Source: Takakia lepidozioides
Taxonomy: Eukaryota; Plantae; Bryophyta
Length of the DNA stretch: 64,000 nt
NCBI GenBank assembly: GCA_030704615.1
Contig: CM060731.1
Span: 17,050,001-17,114,000, forward strand
Direction: 5' to 3'
The notes beneath the pieces are model-generated. The model ran no database searches, was not told where the DNA came from, and saw only the letters and a list, made by a program, of their open reading frames with translations. Made by a program: the position numbers and the translations under genes. Of this stretch, positions 26,842 through 40,800 are shown piece by piece (positions within the stretch are counted from its first letter, which is position 1; each line of letters opens with the position of its first letter).

Positions 26842-27714
26842 GCACCCCTCGCAGCGCTGCCCTCACCCGTCTCGCACCTCGCCCTCGTGCACCCTCGGAA
26901 CCTACGTTGCTTCGCGCTTCCCGCTGAAGAACATACCCTCACAGAGGTAATTCTGAGCTTCCGTTACGGGCTCACCTAGCGCTTGGTGTCTTTTGTCAGG
27001 GAATATTATACTACAATGAGATATTATATACATTCCCGGCGTTTTTTTTTCAAATTTGGAAAAGAAAGAGCAGAAGTGGCTACTGAGTTTTGCAGGAAAT
27101 AGCCATATTTTCTGCTCATCCACTGAAATTTGGACAGAATCATCCTCCTCTGTACATTCATCCATGTATATCATCCATATTTGGCGAATTCATCCATGAG
27201 AAAATAGGGAATTTACGACAGAATATTCTATTTTGATTTTTGAGGTCGAAAAAGTTGGACCAAGCTGCTCAATGATTTTCTCCAGTCCCGGGGGAAAATG
27301 GCACAGTCGGCACCAGCCTTCCCTCTTTGTGTTTCTGCTGGCATGGCACTATCCCCACGGACTGGGAGGTCTCCTGGTGATGGGGATGACGCTGACTTTA
27401 ATTGGAGACATAAGAAGGCTCCCGTTACAAAGTCCCGAACTCAGCTTCGATTTTAGCTCTTTTACGTGTGCTTCATAGGATATTCCCTGCTGGCTTAAAC
27501 AGGGGCTCCTATTGGAAGCGCATAAGTGCTTCAATGACGTGCTTCAGTGACATGGCTTTGATCTCCATTGCTGATTCGGGGCACACCTAATTTGCCTCTG
27601 TCAAGCAGGTAGAATGCAGGCAGCCCGCTCTCGCTGCCCCCTTTGGAACAATAATCCAGCATGCTCGTTCTTACCTTCTAGCTACCAACAATCTTCCCCA
27701 TAAATTAACATTAA

Positions 27715-28230
27715 AATTAGAGAAAAGGAGATGGAGGGCAGCTGTAGAAAGGACGAGAGAGAATACCATAGCAACTTTGCTAGAGGCGCAGGAAAAGGAT
27801 TTTAATCCAAGAAAGGAATGGGCCATTCATTCCTATTTTTCCTAGAGTGCACCCAACAAGAAGTCTTAGTCTACACAATCAAAATTATGGTAATATAACA
27901 TGATAAGAGCAAGAGAGTGGTTAGATCCAAATTCAGGAGTGGGGTAGAGCCTCAGCGGTGAAAAGGGGGCATTGTCCATAACCATTTAAGATTTCATGAA
28001 ACCTGATTCCTCAGAACGAATGATTTTTGGAAGGAGAGATTGCAAAATAGCAATGGTCTTTAGCAGGCTATTTCTTGCGAGTAGAGTTAATAAAGTGATT
28101 GGACGCTAGTTTAGAGTTATGCCTCTGAAGATAAGTGTGATAATTCCCTGGGAAAGCTAAGAGGGCATATTATGTTTAGACAGAATGTCATTGGCCATTA
28201 GACTCCCATTAGAACGAAGTCTTCCAGGCA
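27715..28230 (+). pseudogene. Degenerate coding remnant, probably transposon-derived
   Basis: One frame reads as protein-like with scattered stops (EKRRWRAAVERTRENTIATLLEAQEKDFNPRKEW...MIRAREWLDPNSG...DFMKPDSSERMIFG). Family not recognised. Confidence 0.3.
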
Positions 28231-31200
28231 AATACCTTTGATAATTGATAAGAAAATGTATCTTATATTGTATTATAACGTCATTGATGTGAGTCTTGTA
28301 AATTCTATTGTACATGTAGACAAATGTTGTACTGGTATTGCAGGTCTTCCCGGGTAACAATAGTAGGTATCAACAGGTTCTTTGAGAACCTACCAGTCGG
28401 GTAGGTGGGATTACGGTTTGGGGCTCTTATTTCATATCAGGCTATTACCATTATTGTGTGACTATGAAAGCTTACTATTCATACTACGGGCATGGATCGT
28501 TGGAGATTTGGTTGTGCATCCTGGGTAGGATCTTGCCGACACTAAAGGCACATAATGGGGGTGACGACTCCGTATGATGTCTCTTTTGTTGGACGTCAAT
28601 GGAGATTTGGTTGGTTGTCGGGGGGAGTTTTTTTTGGCAACTACGATTACAGCTTGAGCGGGAGCGCACATGCTAAGTTTCTCCTTAATGTTTCCACTCT
28701 CACTTGTCTTATTCATATTTTTGAATGGGGATATAGTTTGCATTGCCCAAAACAGAGTTCAGCAATGAAATATGTGTTCAGTTTGGTGCATTTTGAATAT
28801 ACTTGATGGTGGTGAAAAGTATTGATACTCGTATTGATATTCAACTGATATTAAAAAAAAATGAACCCATAGTACTATTGATACCATATATTGTACATAT
28901 ATAAGGGAAATACTTATACCAATATACTATTTGCAAATTCGTCATTCTGCAATACTTAGAATGATACTAGAGTTCAAAAACAAAGCATAATGATTGTACA
29001 TATCTAAGGGGAAGTAACTGTTCAACAAACTTTACTTTGTCAGCTTGTGCATGTGCAATCAGTTTGGGATAGCCATGGTGCACCTATACAACTACAGGAA
29101 TTGATATTGGAACAACTCTTTGGAGGTAGAGCTCAAGCTCATTTGGAGAAGCAACCTCTCGGGCTTTTGATGTAAGCTACCAGAGGATTGAAACAAAGAT
29201 CTTGGTGGATTTCAAGCACCCACATCTTGGAGGTAGCTGATGAACACCTACGATCAATTCGGGATGGTCACACTTGAGAGATGGCGCATGTGCGTTGGCA
29301 CGACGGCACTTGTGTTTCCTCCGAGCAATAAGGACTGCTGCAAAATTGGGACGTTCAACAATGCCAATGTGGGATCCACAAACGGGATTGCGACCAATGC
29401 GCCGAGCGATGTCCAAAATGTCATATGTTGCGGAAAAGCATGGTGGCATTTGACTACCTGCCAGTTGCGCCACAACTTTCCATGATCATGAAGTCAAGGT
29501 CTTTCTATGATGACATCCTTAGGGACCGAACCCTGATGTGGCAGCCGGTTCTCTTGTGTCTCGATGTCATCCGCAGCAATCTGCCCCCTCACGCAAATTA
29601 GACGATCTGATGATCTTGCCTCTGCATACCTCTGCATATGTGTTGTAACAGTTGTTGCTAAGACCATTCTTCCACCTACAACAATGCAGATCTTGCATGG
29701 GCATTCAACTCTTCGATCTCCTCTCCTTACCCTTCCTACTCCAGGACGAAAGGATATTTGAGCTTGTGCATTTCAGGGTCCTGAAGCTACTGAGGTTAAC
29801 AAGTTTGTTTGCTAGAGTGCACCTCGAGATGACATGACTCCGTGAAATCACCTTCTTGAAGGCTCCTGAACACCAACCTAACGATATGACTTCACTTCCC
29901 TGCCATTCCTAGACTTCTTGCCAACAATAAGCCAAAACTGAAGTGAGAACGGAAGGCCCCCTCCCCTGTCCAATAAGCTCTTCTCAAGAGCTTTCCGTGG
30001 ATGTTTTAAAGTATCATTTCACATGATAGCTGAGAGTCAATTCTTCTTCCCCCGTTTTATTTGACATTGACCTTCAAACCCTTTCTCTTCTATCCCCTTG
30101 CAAGAGGTAAAATCAAGCCTTGGAGACCATACCATCTCTTAAGCCTTGGCTTGGATGGAAGTACACTTCACGAATTCTTCATATCAACTAAATTTTAATA
30201 GTAATTTGGATTTTTGCCTTAAATCTAGACCAAACTTGAATAGTGCAAGATTACAATATTTGATATTTAATTAGTTAAATATGTTGCAAGTTATGTCTTA
30301 GATTATCAACAACTACCTAGTCAACATAGTAGACATAGTTGCCATACATTGATAAACACTGTGACAAATTGTAGCATGTTGATGGAATAGTTAGCGTTTC
30401 AAGAGTCCTAAATCTTAAATGACATCATACGAATAAACTTCAAAACAGACTTGACATAATAATATTATGATATGGACAATCATGATTTTTTTTGGGTGAT
30501 ATGTAAATTAAAATAAAAACTATCACATGCTAAATACTATTACCCAATTAAAAAGAATGTCTATACTAGTGTTGTGCGGGTATCGGCATTTTAATATACC
30601 AAGCGTGGTAGGTTCTATTTCCTTGGGACGAAAGAACAAAATTATTCCAATGGAGTCCTGATGCAACGCAATAGAGGAGACATCTTGACATTGTTTAGCC
30701 TTGAGAAAGAAATATCTACTCATTTTCTCCCCCCTTAACTATTGATACATATTAGATATAAGACAATAATGGTTGACAGTGAATATTTTATTTAGACATG
30801 CGATTACCACAAGAAACAAGAAACTACGTTTACAAATATTATGAAACCATACATAACAAGAACAATTAACTAGAAAAACTACTAAATACTTGCACAAATT
30901 CAACTTACAATTAGGAATTAGGCGAGAACCACATTCACACCGATGTAACATGTGTCCATATGGTAATCATCAATTTAGTTCACATGGATCAACCTACGTG
31001 GCAATAGCTGTGTTTAGTGAATGACTTGTACTGATTGATTTTACATTCACACTATGACACATTCATACTAGGACACACAATTAGATATTTTAATAGAAAT
31101 TTAGATTTCACAATACTCCCACTACTTGGTAAAATACTACATATATACTTCCCACTGCATCTAACATATTGAAAGAAGCAATATTTGCTCCCACTGCTTA

Positions 31201-31287
31201 TGGTATAAAATCTAGACATTGTATGTACTTAATTGTCAGTCAGATACACATACACAAGTCAATACTAGACTCAAGAATAGAGAATAC

Positions 31288-31620
31288 AAACATGTCAAGG
31301 ATCTGTTGTATGTATTAGGGTTGAGGAAGAATCTGATTTAGTGATCAGCAAAGTTCTTGACTTTGGATACAGTCTCGTGTTTACGAGGCAGTGTTGTCTG
31401 TTCCAATGTCGTCAAAATAATAAATATTTCATTATGCCATGGTGTAAGTGAAAGAAATTTATACTGATTAGGGACTTCATTGATAGCCAAAGAAGGAATA
31501 CACTCTACTCAATACATAAGTCTTTCAACAAATGTCAATTACTACATAGTCTGCTACTAGTGAGGTAGACTTATGGTATCGGAAACTTGGACACATTGAT
31601 ATAGAGAAAATGATTGTTTT
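31288..31620 (+). mobile_element. Ty1/copia pol remnant (post-protease and GAG-pre-integrase region)
   Basis: HVKDLLYVLGLRKNLI resembles copia LKDVLYVPGLKKNLLS. DLWYRKLGHIDIEKM resembles LWHRRLGH. Confidence 0.75.
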
Positions 31621-32045
31621 GCTCATTCTTCAACCATTTCTGGATTTTCTCCTCACAAAATTTCTTCCAATTGTCAAGTTATGAGTAAAAAATAGAATTA
31701 ACTCCATTGTAAAAAAAAATGAATGGTAAGTTAGTACCAAGACATTGTTATATGTCTAAGCATCGTGCCACGAATTTCCATACCTGGGCAATCTCAAATG
31801 TGGCATTTTAACCCCTGATTAAGAACAATATAGGCAACAAATCACGCCATACGTCATTTAAACTGCAAATAAAACCTTCAATGGAGTGTTGCAATCCTAG
31901 AAGATTATGCCACAATGATAAGAGATAAGAAATGAAAGACAATTAAAACACTCCAAACATGAAAATAGTCACACTAGGAGTATCTCCTGCAACACGGTAA
32001 AAACATCGGCCAATGCCAATGTAGTCTCGCCGCAAAAGGTGGGGC

Positions 32046-32379
32046 CCAAATTAAACCCCGACGGTGCAATAACGCCAAATAATTTGTGGTGGGATCGCTC
32101 AAATTTGCATTTCTCCCGCTAGATTTCGCCTATATACTGGGCTCCAAACCTGGCTCGCCAATATGTTTGGATCCTTTTTCTGACTTGGATACGGATTTGC
32201 AACCCAGCCAGGTCCAAATTAAACCCCGACGGTGCAATTACGCCAAATGATTTGTGGCGGGATCGCTCAAATTTGCATTTCCCCCGCTAGATTGCGCCTA
32301 TATACCGGGCTCCAAACCTGGCTCGCCAGTATGTTTGGATCTTTTTTCTGACTTACATACGGATCTGCGACCCAGCCAG
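32046..32379. repeat. Two-copy direct tandem duplication, 168 bp period
   Basis: 32046-32211 and 32214-32379 both run CCAAATTAAACCCCGACGGTGCAAT...CCCAGCCAG, with about a dozen substitutions. Confidence 0.95.
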
Positions 32380-32909
32380 TGGGGCTACTGCACGCACGTT
32401 GCAATGGCAGCGACTCCACCCCAAGCTAAAGTAACGAGAATACCCGCTTGCAAAAACGAAGATCAAGAGGTTGAGATGTGGCTGTGCCTCTAAATGACTA
32501 CAACTTACTGGGGCTGGTGGAGGGGGTGGGGGTGATGGGGTTCAGATAACTGTGGCGGAGGAAGTTGTGGGTGGAAATGGTGGCAGGCCAGTGGATGGCA
32601 GAGAGTTTCTTTTGGCTGATGGAGGGTGGGAGGAAGGTGTTGCACCTTGGGGGAAGCTTGGGCAATTCCGTATCGGTTTCGATGTGCCCTTGGTCACTAA
32701 ATCGTCTGGTTCAGATTTCGACTCAGACTCCGAGACGGAAGACAACATTTCAATCCCGGAATTTGTGCTAGGGATACTGCGTCTTGGTGATCTTACCTAC
32801 TCCTATGCTATCTTGAAAATTGGCCCCGCCAAGCGGACCGGTATACTGCATTTGGCTTGCAGTACCGCAGGAGATCCTCTAAGAGCAAGCTGCAAACCCA
32901 ACTTCTTTT

Positions 32910-33425
32910 AAGTGGAAATCCACTCTATTACATAAACTAAGCTAAGCTTTTATAACTCCATTCACCTTCGTTGAAACAAGTTAAAACAAGTTACGTTTAT
33001 GTTTAGATTAACTGGCAAAAGAATAGTATGGTCCAACATTGCTTCAGTGAGGTAGCACAAAGGCTGATCGACTAACAAGCCCTACAAAAAAAATAGGTAT
33101 ATTGATAAGAAGATATAAAACCTCGACGGAGTGTGTGAGATGTATGCTACAACATTTACATATGGTGAACATTTAATGGACTAAAGCAATAGTGAGAGCA
33201 ACATATCTTCAAAACATAATAGCAATTATGGTCGTCCATGATATAACACCAAATGAAGCGTGGACTGGTATAAAATCAAGTGTAAGTCACTTTGAGAATT
33301 TTAGGGTGTTATAATGCTCATGCACATATTCCAAAAGAAAATATAAGAAGTATGATTCAAAAACTAAAGAATATATCTTTAGTGAATACAACGAGAATAC
33401 CAACTGGTACAACTCTATGATGTTG
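32910..33425 (+). mobile_element. Ty1/copia integrase remnant
   Basis: Degenerate translation ECVRCMLQH..WTKAIVRATYLQN..ITPNEAWTGIKSSVSH..GC..HAHIPKE..KYDSKTKEYIF..LYD matches the copia integrase consensus (ARCML..WAEAV.TA.YL.NR..TP.EAW.G.KP.VSHLR.FGC). Confidence 0.85.
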
Positions 33426-35087
33426 ATACTAAGTCTGTGGTTAATAATAGAGATGATGTTGCCAATGACACACTAAAATGATATCATTGTCATTCATTCT
33501 TGTTCATTGATGTTCAAAGATGATTGTTCATTTAATAATTTATTTTCAGCTTTTATTGGCGTCCTAACGGTTTTACTTCACTCCGTATCAAATATTTCAG
33601 TATAATCTCAATATACTTTTGCTGATTCATAAAAATTGTTTTCAAGCTTCTATCTCTTTGACAAGTTCATAATGCAGATAATGGCCCATGTATGTCATCT
33701 CAAATTCATTATTTAATTGATGTTTTGTATTGAAGAGCAAACTTACAGACTTGTTACTTGCGAATGAAAATATCGTCTATATAGAATGTGCTCAAAGATA
33801 ACCAAGTCATCACCTTATTGTTTAACACAAATGTTCGAATTAGCAAGGCTGTCATGGTTTTACTCAAGAAATGATTTATCTCTAGTTAATTATGACATCA
33901 TACATCTATAGTTATACTTTGTTGGCATTGGAACTTCATTTGGTGTGTCAAATGAGGTGACAAATCTCACTTAAGACATGTTATCTCCACATGAGGCTCT
34001 GAAAGCTCGTCTTCTCTAAGTTAAGCTTCCATGAGGCTCTCTCCTTTGATCCATAGTTCTAAGTATTGAGAATTAGGTGTGTGTTGAGAACTTTGTACTA
34101 ATGGATTCCCTTAACAAAGGTGCAATGGGAGTAATATAATGTCTTGAGCAATACTTCTCAAATCTGGACCTATTAACCGTAACCGGATGGAAAGGTTCAT
34201 TTACAAATGCTATAATGTTCTTCCCATATCTTCTTTCTCTAAAGCAGTCATAGAAAATTTGACCAGTCCATGACATGTAAAATATATGATGGGTATTAAA
34301 GCTCGCTACCATTGTCGTCAGATAGGTACTACGCAAGGAAGGTGAAGGTTTGTCCCTAGGAATGAGTCAATAGGCATGAAATTTAAAAGTATATGGTGGA
34401 GCTCTCTACTGCAATTGGGTATTGACTGGTGACCAATCAGGTAGGTAACCAGTATAAAAAAATGTAAGAAGAAGTCAATAAAGGTGTAAGATACTACAAG
34501 AGGGCATGATGGTTAAGCTGGCTATGCCGTGATATTTACATAAAAACTACTATAATAACATGTGTGTGTATATGACTAGATACCTTCTATAGGCATGTCT
34601 GGAAGACTAAGGTCCAAGCTACTCTTAGCATGTACTTGTAGATCCCAAGTGCTCACAAATCGAATTAGTTTCATGGCAATGGACAAACCTCAATGGCTTT
34701 AAAAATATTGATCAAAGTAAAGTTGTTATCCATTCCATGCTTAGTCTTTGCCTCAAGCATGGCCCAATAAATAATAACTAAGTTACCATCGATAGCTTAG
34801 CAATGCACTTTGTGCCACCCATGTAATTGTGGCCTAAAATCCTGTTAACTATTGTGTGTGATGTTCTATTGGGTCGTGCCACTGATACTTGTGTTTGGTG
34901 TTTGGTTACTTGGAAAGAGGATACTTTCTCCTCTCACTCTAATTAAGGGGCTCGAATTGTCCCGATGTTTGCTCTAAGAAAAATTCAATTCAATCCAAAT
35001 CAATTGTGTCACTGACTGCCATTGTGTAATTCAATTGAATTGCATATAGGAATTGGCACCACTTTTTTTAGGGCCACAATTGAGGCC

Positions 35088-35263
35088 AAAAAAAAAGTAT
35101 GACGCCTCCTGAAGGGAGCGTAACTTATGGTGTCTCCTCACCACAAGGGCTACTACCTTCCAGCCGAAAGGTGGACACCTTCATGATGCATCAGACCGTG
35201 GTTTGAACCCACAACCACATCCAACATGGTATGTGCCCATTACCACTGGGCTACATGCTGGCC
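35088..35263 (-). mobile_element. tRNA-derived SINE
   Basis: On the minus strand: A box TAGCCCAGTGG, B box GGTTCAAACC at tRNA-like spacing, ~100 nt body, T9 tail. No clean cloverleaf. Confidence 0.7.
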
Positions 35264-35523
35264 ACATTCTTATAGATTACTGAGAGAGAAAATAACCTCT
35301 TTCAGAGTAATCTCGCCATGAGTACAATATGTAGAGCAGTTTCATTCGGCGCGCTGATTCTAGAGTGGTCCAGGAGTTAAAAGAGGGGGCCAATGCATGA
35401 AGGCCACCTGTATTAATTAACGAAATGACTGGTCCAAAAATTAAGGATTTACTTTCTAGCGTTGGCTTTCTAGATAGTTCTAGTTCTAGTTGACTTTCCA
35501 GTTTCTAGATACTTCTACTAATA

Positions 35524-35954
35524 TGTCGGTCCGGTGAGAAGCAACTGACTAGTTGCTTGTAACTTGTGTCTTCAATATGCTGGCACATGCACTAGTATAG
35601 CGTGTGTCACTAGTGGTTTGAGAGCCAGAGCGAGCATGAGTAGTTCTTTGCTATGTTGGGGGTCAGGCCAGGTATGGCAGGTAGGATCAAAGTGGCTGCA
35701 AGAGGAGAAGGCAAGGTGGCAGAGGCTGCAAGAGGGAAAGACAAGGGTGCAGAGAAGTTCATAGAGGCAAGTGTTACTATCGGTCCCCTTTATTCCACTT
35801 GATTTAGTGACACTCACCATGCATTTTAGTGACTGGTGGCTTCTAGCAACTGCAGTAGGTTGACTCTCGGTTCTCATTTCTGCAACTCTTGCGTTCCCCA
35901 CTTTTCAAACTTTCTATACTTTATTAATAAACTTTGACGCTCGACCATCCAACA
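35524..35954 (+). mobile_element. Possible solo LTR
   Basis: Begins TGTCGG and ends CCAACA (imperfect terminal inverted repeat, TG...CA), with AATAAA ~25 nt before the end. No clean TSD. Confidence 0.35.
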
Positions 35955-36207
35955 ATTAAAAGAAATCTCAATATGTAGTAAGGGATACATGCCAAGTGAG
36001 AAGTTCTACACTAGGAGTAGATAGGCCTATTTATGGTGGTGTTCTTATGGTGCTGTCATTAAAGTTTTGATACCTTTCAGTGTTCACAGCAGCATTGGCT
36101 ATTCATAGCCCTAACATCACAGTCATGGGCTCATTCAACAAGTTCTAAGAAATACTTATACAAACTAGTAGGTTTTATTTAAAGTTTACAGTGTCCTGTT
36201 CATGAAC

Positions 36208-36400
36208 GGCTAGGAGCTCAGTTGGATAAGTGCACTGTATGTCACCCTGGTGGTTTAGGGTTCAGATCCTGCTACTCTGCCTTTGTGGGTATGAGTTGTT
36301 TCATGACCAGTTGGTCTGGGGGTGACCTTTATCCTCAAGGGGGTTAAGCCCCCCCACCCCCCTCCACAAGGGGAAATAACCTTGGAAAAGCCACATTAAG
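36208..36400 (+). mobile_element. tRNA-derived SINE-like element (second family)
   Basis: A-box-like AGCTCAGTTGG and B-box-like GGTTCAGATCC with tRNA spacing. The 3' boundary is unclear. Confidence 0.5.
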
Positions 36401-37897
36401 CAAAGGTAAAACATTCCCCAGCAGTCACCAAGGGGAGCTATCACAGACACTAGATCCACCGACAGATCCAATTTGCAGATGAACTCAGGGATTGTGCTTG
36501 CTAAATTGAACTGAGTCCCAATCTAGGAGGTATGCCTCATCAGGGCCCGCTTCCTCTAAAAGTTATTTTCTTTCATCTCTGAATCCACGGCCTCAGCCCC
36601 TTTTTCTTAGAAAAAGCTATAGACTGTGCTGGTACTAATGCCCAGTACATACATGATGATACAGCCATTTGACATAGGGAGCTATGTACCTCACTCTGGT
36701 GGCCCCCGCCCTCCCACTTTATTCTCTCTTCAATCCCTCACTCCACTGCTGAGTGGACCTCTGCACTCATGTCTCTAGCACCACATGTTTGTACAGTGTA
36801 AAGCACCTTCCCAGGATCCTCCACAGTCCGATGAGGACCCGTCGGAAGGCGGGAGCCCCTAGGGAAGGTCCCAACATCTTGGAACCCAACTGATGTTTAC
36901 TTTTTCTTCATTGAAACTTGCCATGGAACACTGTTATGTTCAATCTCTTGCAACCTGCTGCTCCATCTCCTGCCCAGGGCAACTGTTCCTTTTGTAAGAA
37001 GACAGCATAAAGATTAGCCTTTTTACTTGCAGTTAGGTGTTGTGGGCTCTATGTAAATTGCAAGGAATGATAGTGGAATTGGCAAGAGCTGCCATTTGTT
37101 TATCACACTGTCAGCAACAACCCACCACAAAACCATTGCTTGTCTGAAAATTTCACAAGGTGTACCAGAACAGAGCTCACACATAGCCCCACTTTTGTGG
37201 TCTTGTATGTGAGTTCACTGGTTGTTCGATGGGCATGAGTATGCAACATTCTGTGATGAGGGAGAGGTGTGTGTAGGTAAGTTGATGGTGTAGCTGAGGA
37301 GAAGGCACGGAAGGGATTGGGATGGTCGGCGAGGTTGGGGGAACATACCGGGAGCCCGTGAAGCGGCATTTTTGGTGCGAGCAACTACCCATGGCGGGCT
37401 TTTCCAGGAATCCAGCATCCGCTTCAAGGACAATGGCAGAGACAATTTCTCTGGACGGAGAGGGATGGGGCCCATGGGGGGAGTTGGGTTCCGTGGTCGG
37501 AGAGGGGATGGTGGTGGTCCCTCTCACCTGTCCTGGTCCCGGTGTGTCAGAACACGTGCTATATTCAATCATAACAGAATTTATGAGCTCTCTCTCTCCC
37601 TCTCTCTCCCTGCAACCGATAGGTATTGTGCAGCTCTCAAGAGACACACAGCAATAGTCAATAACACGTGGGTCTTGAAGCTGTTTGCTTTTCGGAGTCT
37701 ATATAGTATATATGCCAGCTATGGGCAGTTCGTCATAACATTCTGTCGGAGTGGATTGAGTTGTGCTGCACACAGCTTCTCTCCCTCAGCTTGGAGTTGT
37801 CTTTCTTCAGGTGCTTTAGGCATTATCGTATCTTTCCTCATGCTCACACCTCCTGTAGCATTAGATCATGTGCATTTGATTCATCCTATTCAATTCA

Positions 37898-40800
37898 ATG
37901 ATGGGGGAGCCATGGCGTACATGGCATCCTTGGATGCTGCAGCTGGTGGTGGTGTCGTGTCTGTGCTGCGCTCTCAAGTTACCGTGTGCGAATGCTGCAA
38001 ATCAGTCTACTCCTACATCGCTGGGCATTGGAGCGCTATTGGCTTTTAACTCCACTATTGGCAGAGCTGCCAAGGCTGCCTTGGAGCTCGCTGTGCAGGA
38101 TGTGAACGCTGCAAAATTGCTGCCGAACACACAGCTCGTGTTGCAACTTTCGAATACCAACTGCAGTGCTTTCCAGGGTGCTGCTGCTGGTATTCTCTTT
38201 CACCTCCACTCCTTCCATACCAGCATCCTGCGTCAACACAGCAGTCGGGACAACGACAGTTCCAGCTTGGTCTCAGCTGAAAAATCATATTCCACAACAT
38301 GTGAATTGGAAATCTGTGCTGCTAGCAGTGTCTGAAATAGACGGGAATTGCGGCGCGAATCCCATTGTTCCAGCGACTGTGGCAACTAACAAGTAGTTTT
38401 TTACAGATAATCGTTGGTTCTACAGCTACAGCAGCTCAATTATTTCGGATTCCTTGAATGAGTGGACGTGTACTTAAAGCGCCTCTACTTACCGAAGTCT
38501 CTGCTTGGCCCGTTAAAAACGATAGCCATTCAGCACTATCTGTACCGGATTTGTCTAGCCCCTCTACCTCGGCCAGCCAGCCCGCGCGCTAGCTTTGTTC
38601 ACCAGTTTGCCTCTAAATTTCAGTTCACATGGCTCCATTCGTTTCATACATATACTACATCGCATTACATGTACCATCTTCAGGTCAAGGCTGTTCACAT
38701 AAATTATGCAAGAGTCCGAATCGCAACATAGGGGCAAACCGCGCCAACTGTTCCCTTCTGTTGTTTCTATTCCAGGCAGAAAGGAAGGGTTTATGCTTCG
38801 GCAGACTGGAATGATGAGAATTCATTGCCTTTACTGGAGGTGGGCATATGAAGCCCCGCAATCACTGAGCCACACCTGTCCTGAATGAACCTGTTCCTTG
38901 TGTGCATAGACTCCAGCAGGGCCCCCTATTTAGTAGGTCCACGTTGAACCTTGCCGGATTGTTCTTATTAGAGCTGAGAGTAGGTCATGCCCAAGCACCT
39001 TCAGACTGAGAGCTAAAAATTTGCAGCTGGTTGTCGGGGCCAGTGCTTGGACCACCACCTGGTGAAAGGAGTGTTCACTACAGAGTCCCCAGGCAGCTCC
39101 CACTGAACTTGGTTTGTTAATGACAGGGCTGATCACAAAAAGACCTTTGTGGGTTTGGTTGGTCGTAGCCATGGAAAGGTCTCCAGATCTTTTGTGTGCA
39201 GAACTAGTGCCCAGTGGCAGTTTTGTCAATTTCTGAATTTGATCATGTTTTTCCTTGGATTGGAGTGCAAGAAGAAGAGTGAGAGTCACTGAAACACATA
39301 CGTATACATGCCTGAACAATAAGGTCCTTCAATGGAGTAAGGGATACAGACAGACTGAAAAGCATATGGATGGGGGGAGAGGGGATGTGGTGGGAACAGT
39401 GGATGTCCATTGGAGATGACACTAACAGCAGTAAGAACTAAGAAATCAAGATGAAAGCACATGATTCATGATTCACACGACTCCTGCAGCACAGGCAACA
39501 GGCTGTACAGACGACGGGTTTGGATTTGCAGGTGTGGAAGCATATTCCAGTGGAAAGCTTGACGTAGGGTCTGGCTAATGAATGCAATATCTGTGTTGAC
39601 ACAGCCATGAACCTGCTCAAGACGGAGGTAATTGCCATAGCCGGGCCACAGACATCCAAGGTGTCTCACTTCGTGTCACACATGGGGACTGCCACAAGTG
39701 TCCCTCTGGTCTCATTCTCTGCAACCGATCCTTCGCTGTCTGAAGACCAGTATCCTTACTTTGTGCGCATGACACACAGTGATGCTGTGCAAATGGCTGC
39801 CATCGCAGGTAGATTTACACCTTCACTCTTTTCCTATGTAGCTACCTTGGTTGCTCTCATGTTCCAAACGAAATGTTTCACATTTGAAGGGTCAGTATGC
39901 AGTGCATTCAGGCGAGCTTCCAGATGACTGCTGCACAATGGTGCCTGGCTTGTCAAGGCTGTATTTCCGCTGTAGCTTGTAGCAGGGCATCTCCCATACA
40001 TCACAAGATTTACCAAACCTTGATGAGCCTGACACTGGCCCTCTATTGAGATGTACTGATTCTCAGCTTATGGGTTCAAGATGAATCTGTGTTTGTTGTT
40101 TTGTTTCTCTCTTTCCTATTTTGTTCTAGCTTCTTGTTCTTTCTTGTCTTCTTTTCTTTGCTGTTTGTTTCTGGTTCTGAAAGTCCCTCTAACATTAGAC
40201 CAGATCTTCTCAGTACATCTTTTCTGGCTACCTTTAATTGTAACTATGGAGATATCTCAATATTCATAAGGATAGTCTATTGAGATGTACTCCCTATTGC
40301 TTTGGTTTGTTTTCACGCACGACCTTGGCCTTTGCAGGCATTGTGGGCTACTATGGGTGGAGAGAAGTTATCGCAGTTTACACTGATGACGACTTCGGAA
40401 ATAATGGAATTAATTCACTAAGTGATGCTTTGGTCACTGTTGGGGCCACAATTGTTTATAAAGCCCCATTAGATCCTAGTATTGACAAGGATGGTATAGG
40501 AAATATATTGACACAATTGGCACAATTGGAGTCACGAGTGTTTGTGGTGCACATGGAGCCCAATGTAGCCCGAATGCTTTTCACCATGGCCAACTGGCTC
40601 AAAATGATGACTACTGGCTATGTTTGGATTGCTACGGAGGCCATTGCTAGTGTCCTGGACTACATCGAGTCGGACTCCCAGTTTCTACTGGCAACACAGG
40701 GCGTCATAGCAACGCGCAGCTACATCCCTCAGTCACAACAACTGGAAGGCTTCAAGGAGAGGTGGATGCAGCAAAAACATGATGCATCTGTCGGGACTGC

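Noticed and set aside
29000-30960. Possible coding remnants in the AT-rich intergenic block
   Set aside because: Stops occur in all frames and there is no motif I can assign. Probably decayed repeats, but unsupported.
37103-38049. ORFs overlapping the GLR 5' region (e.g. 37372-38049)
   Set aside because: No domain signal. They overlap the leader and the true GLR exon 1 in another frame.
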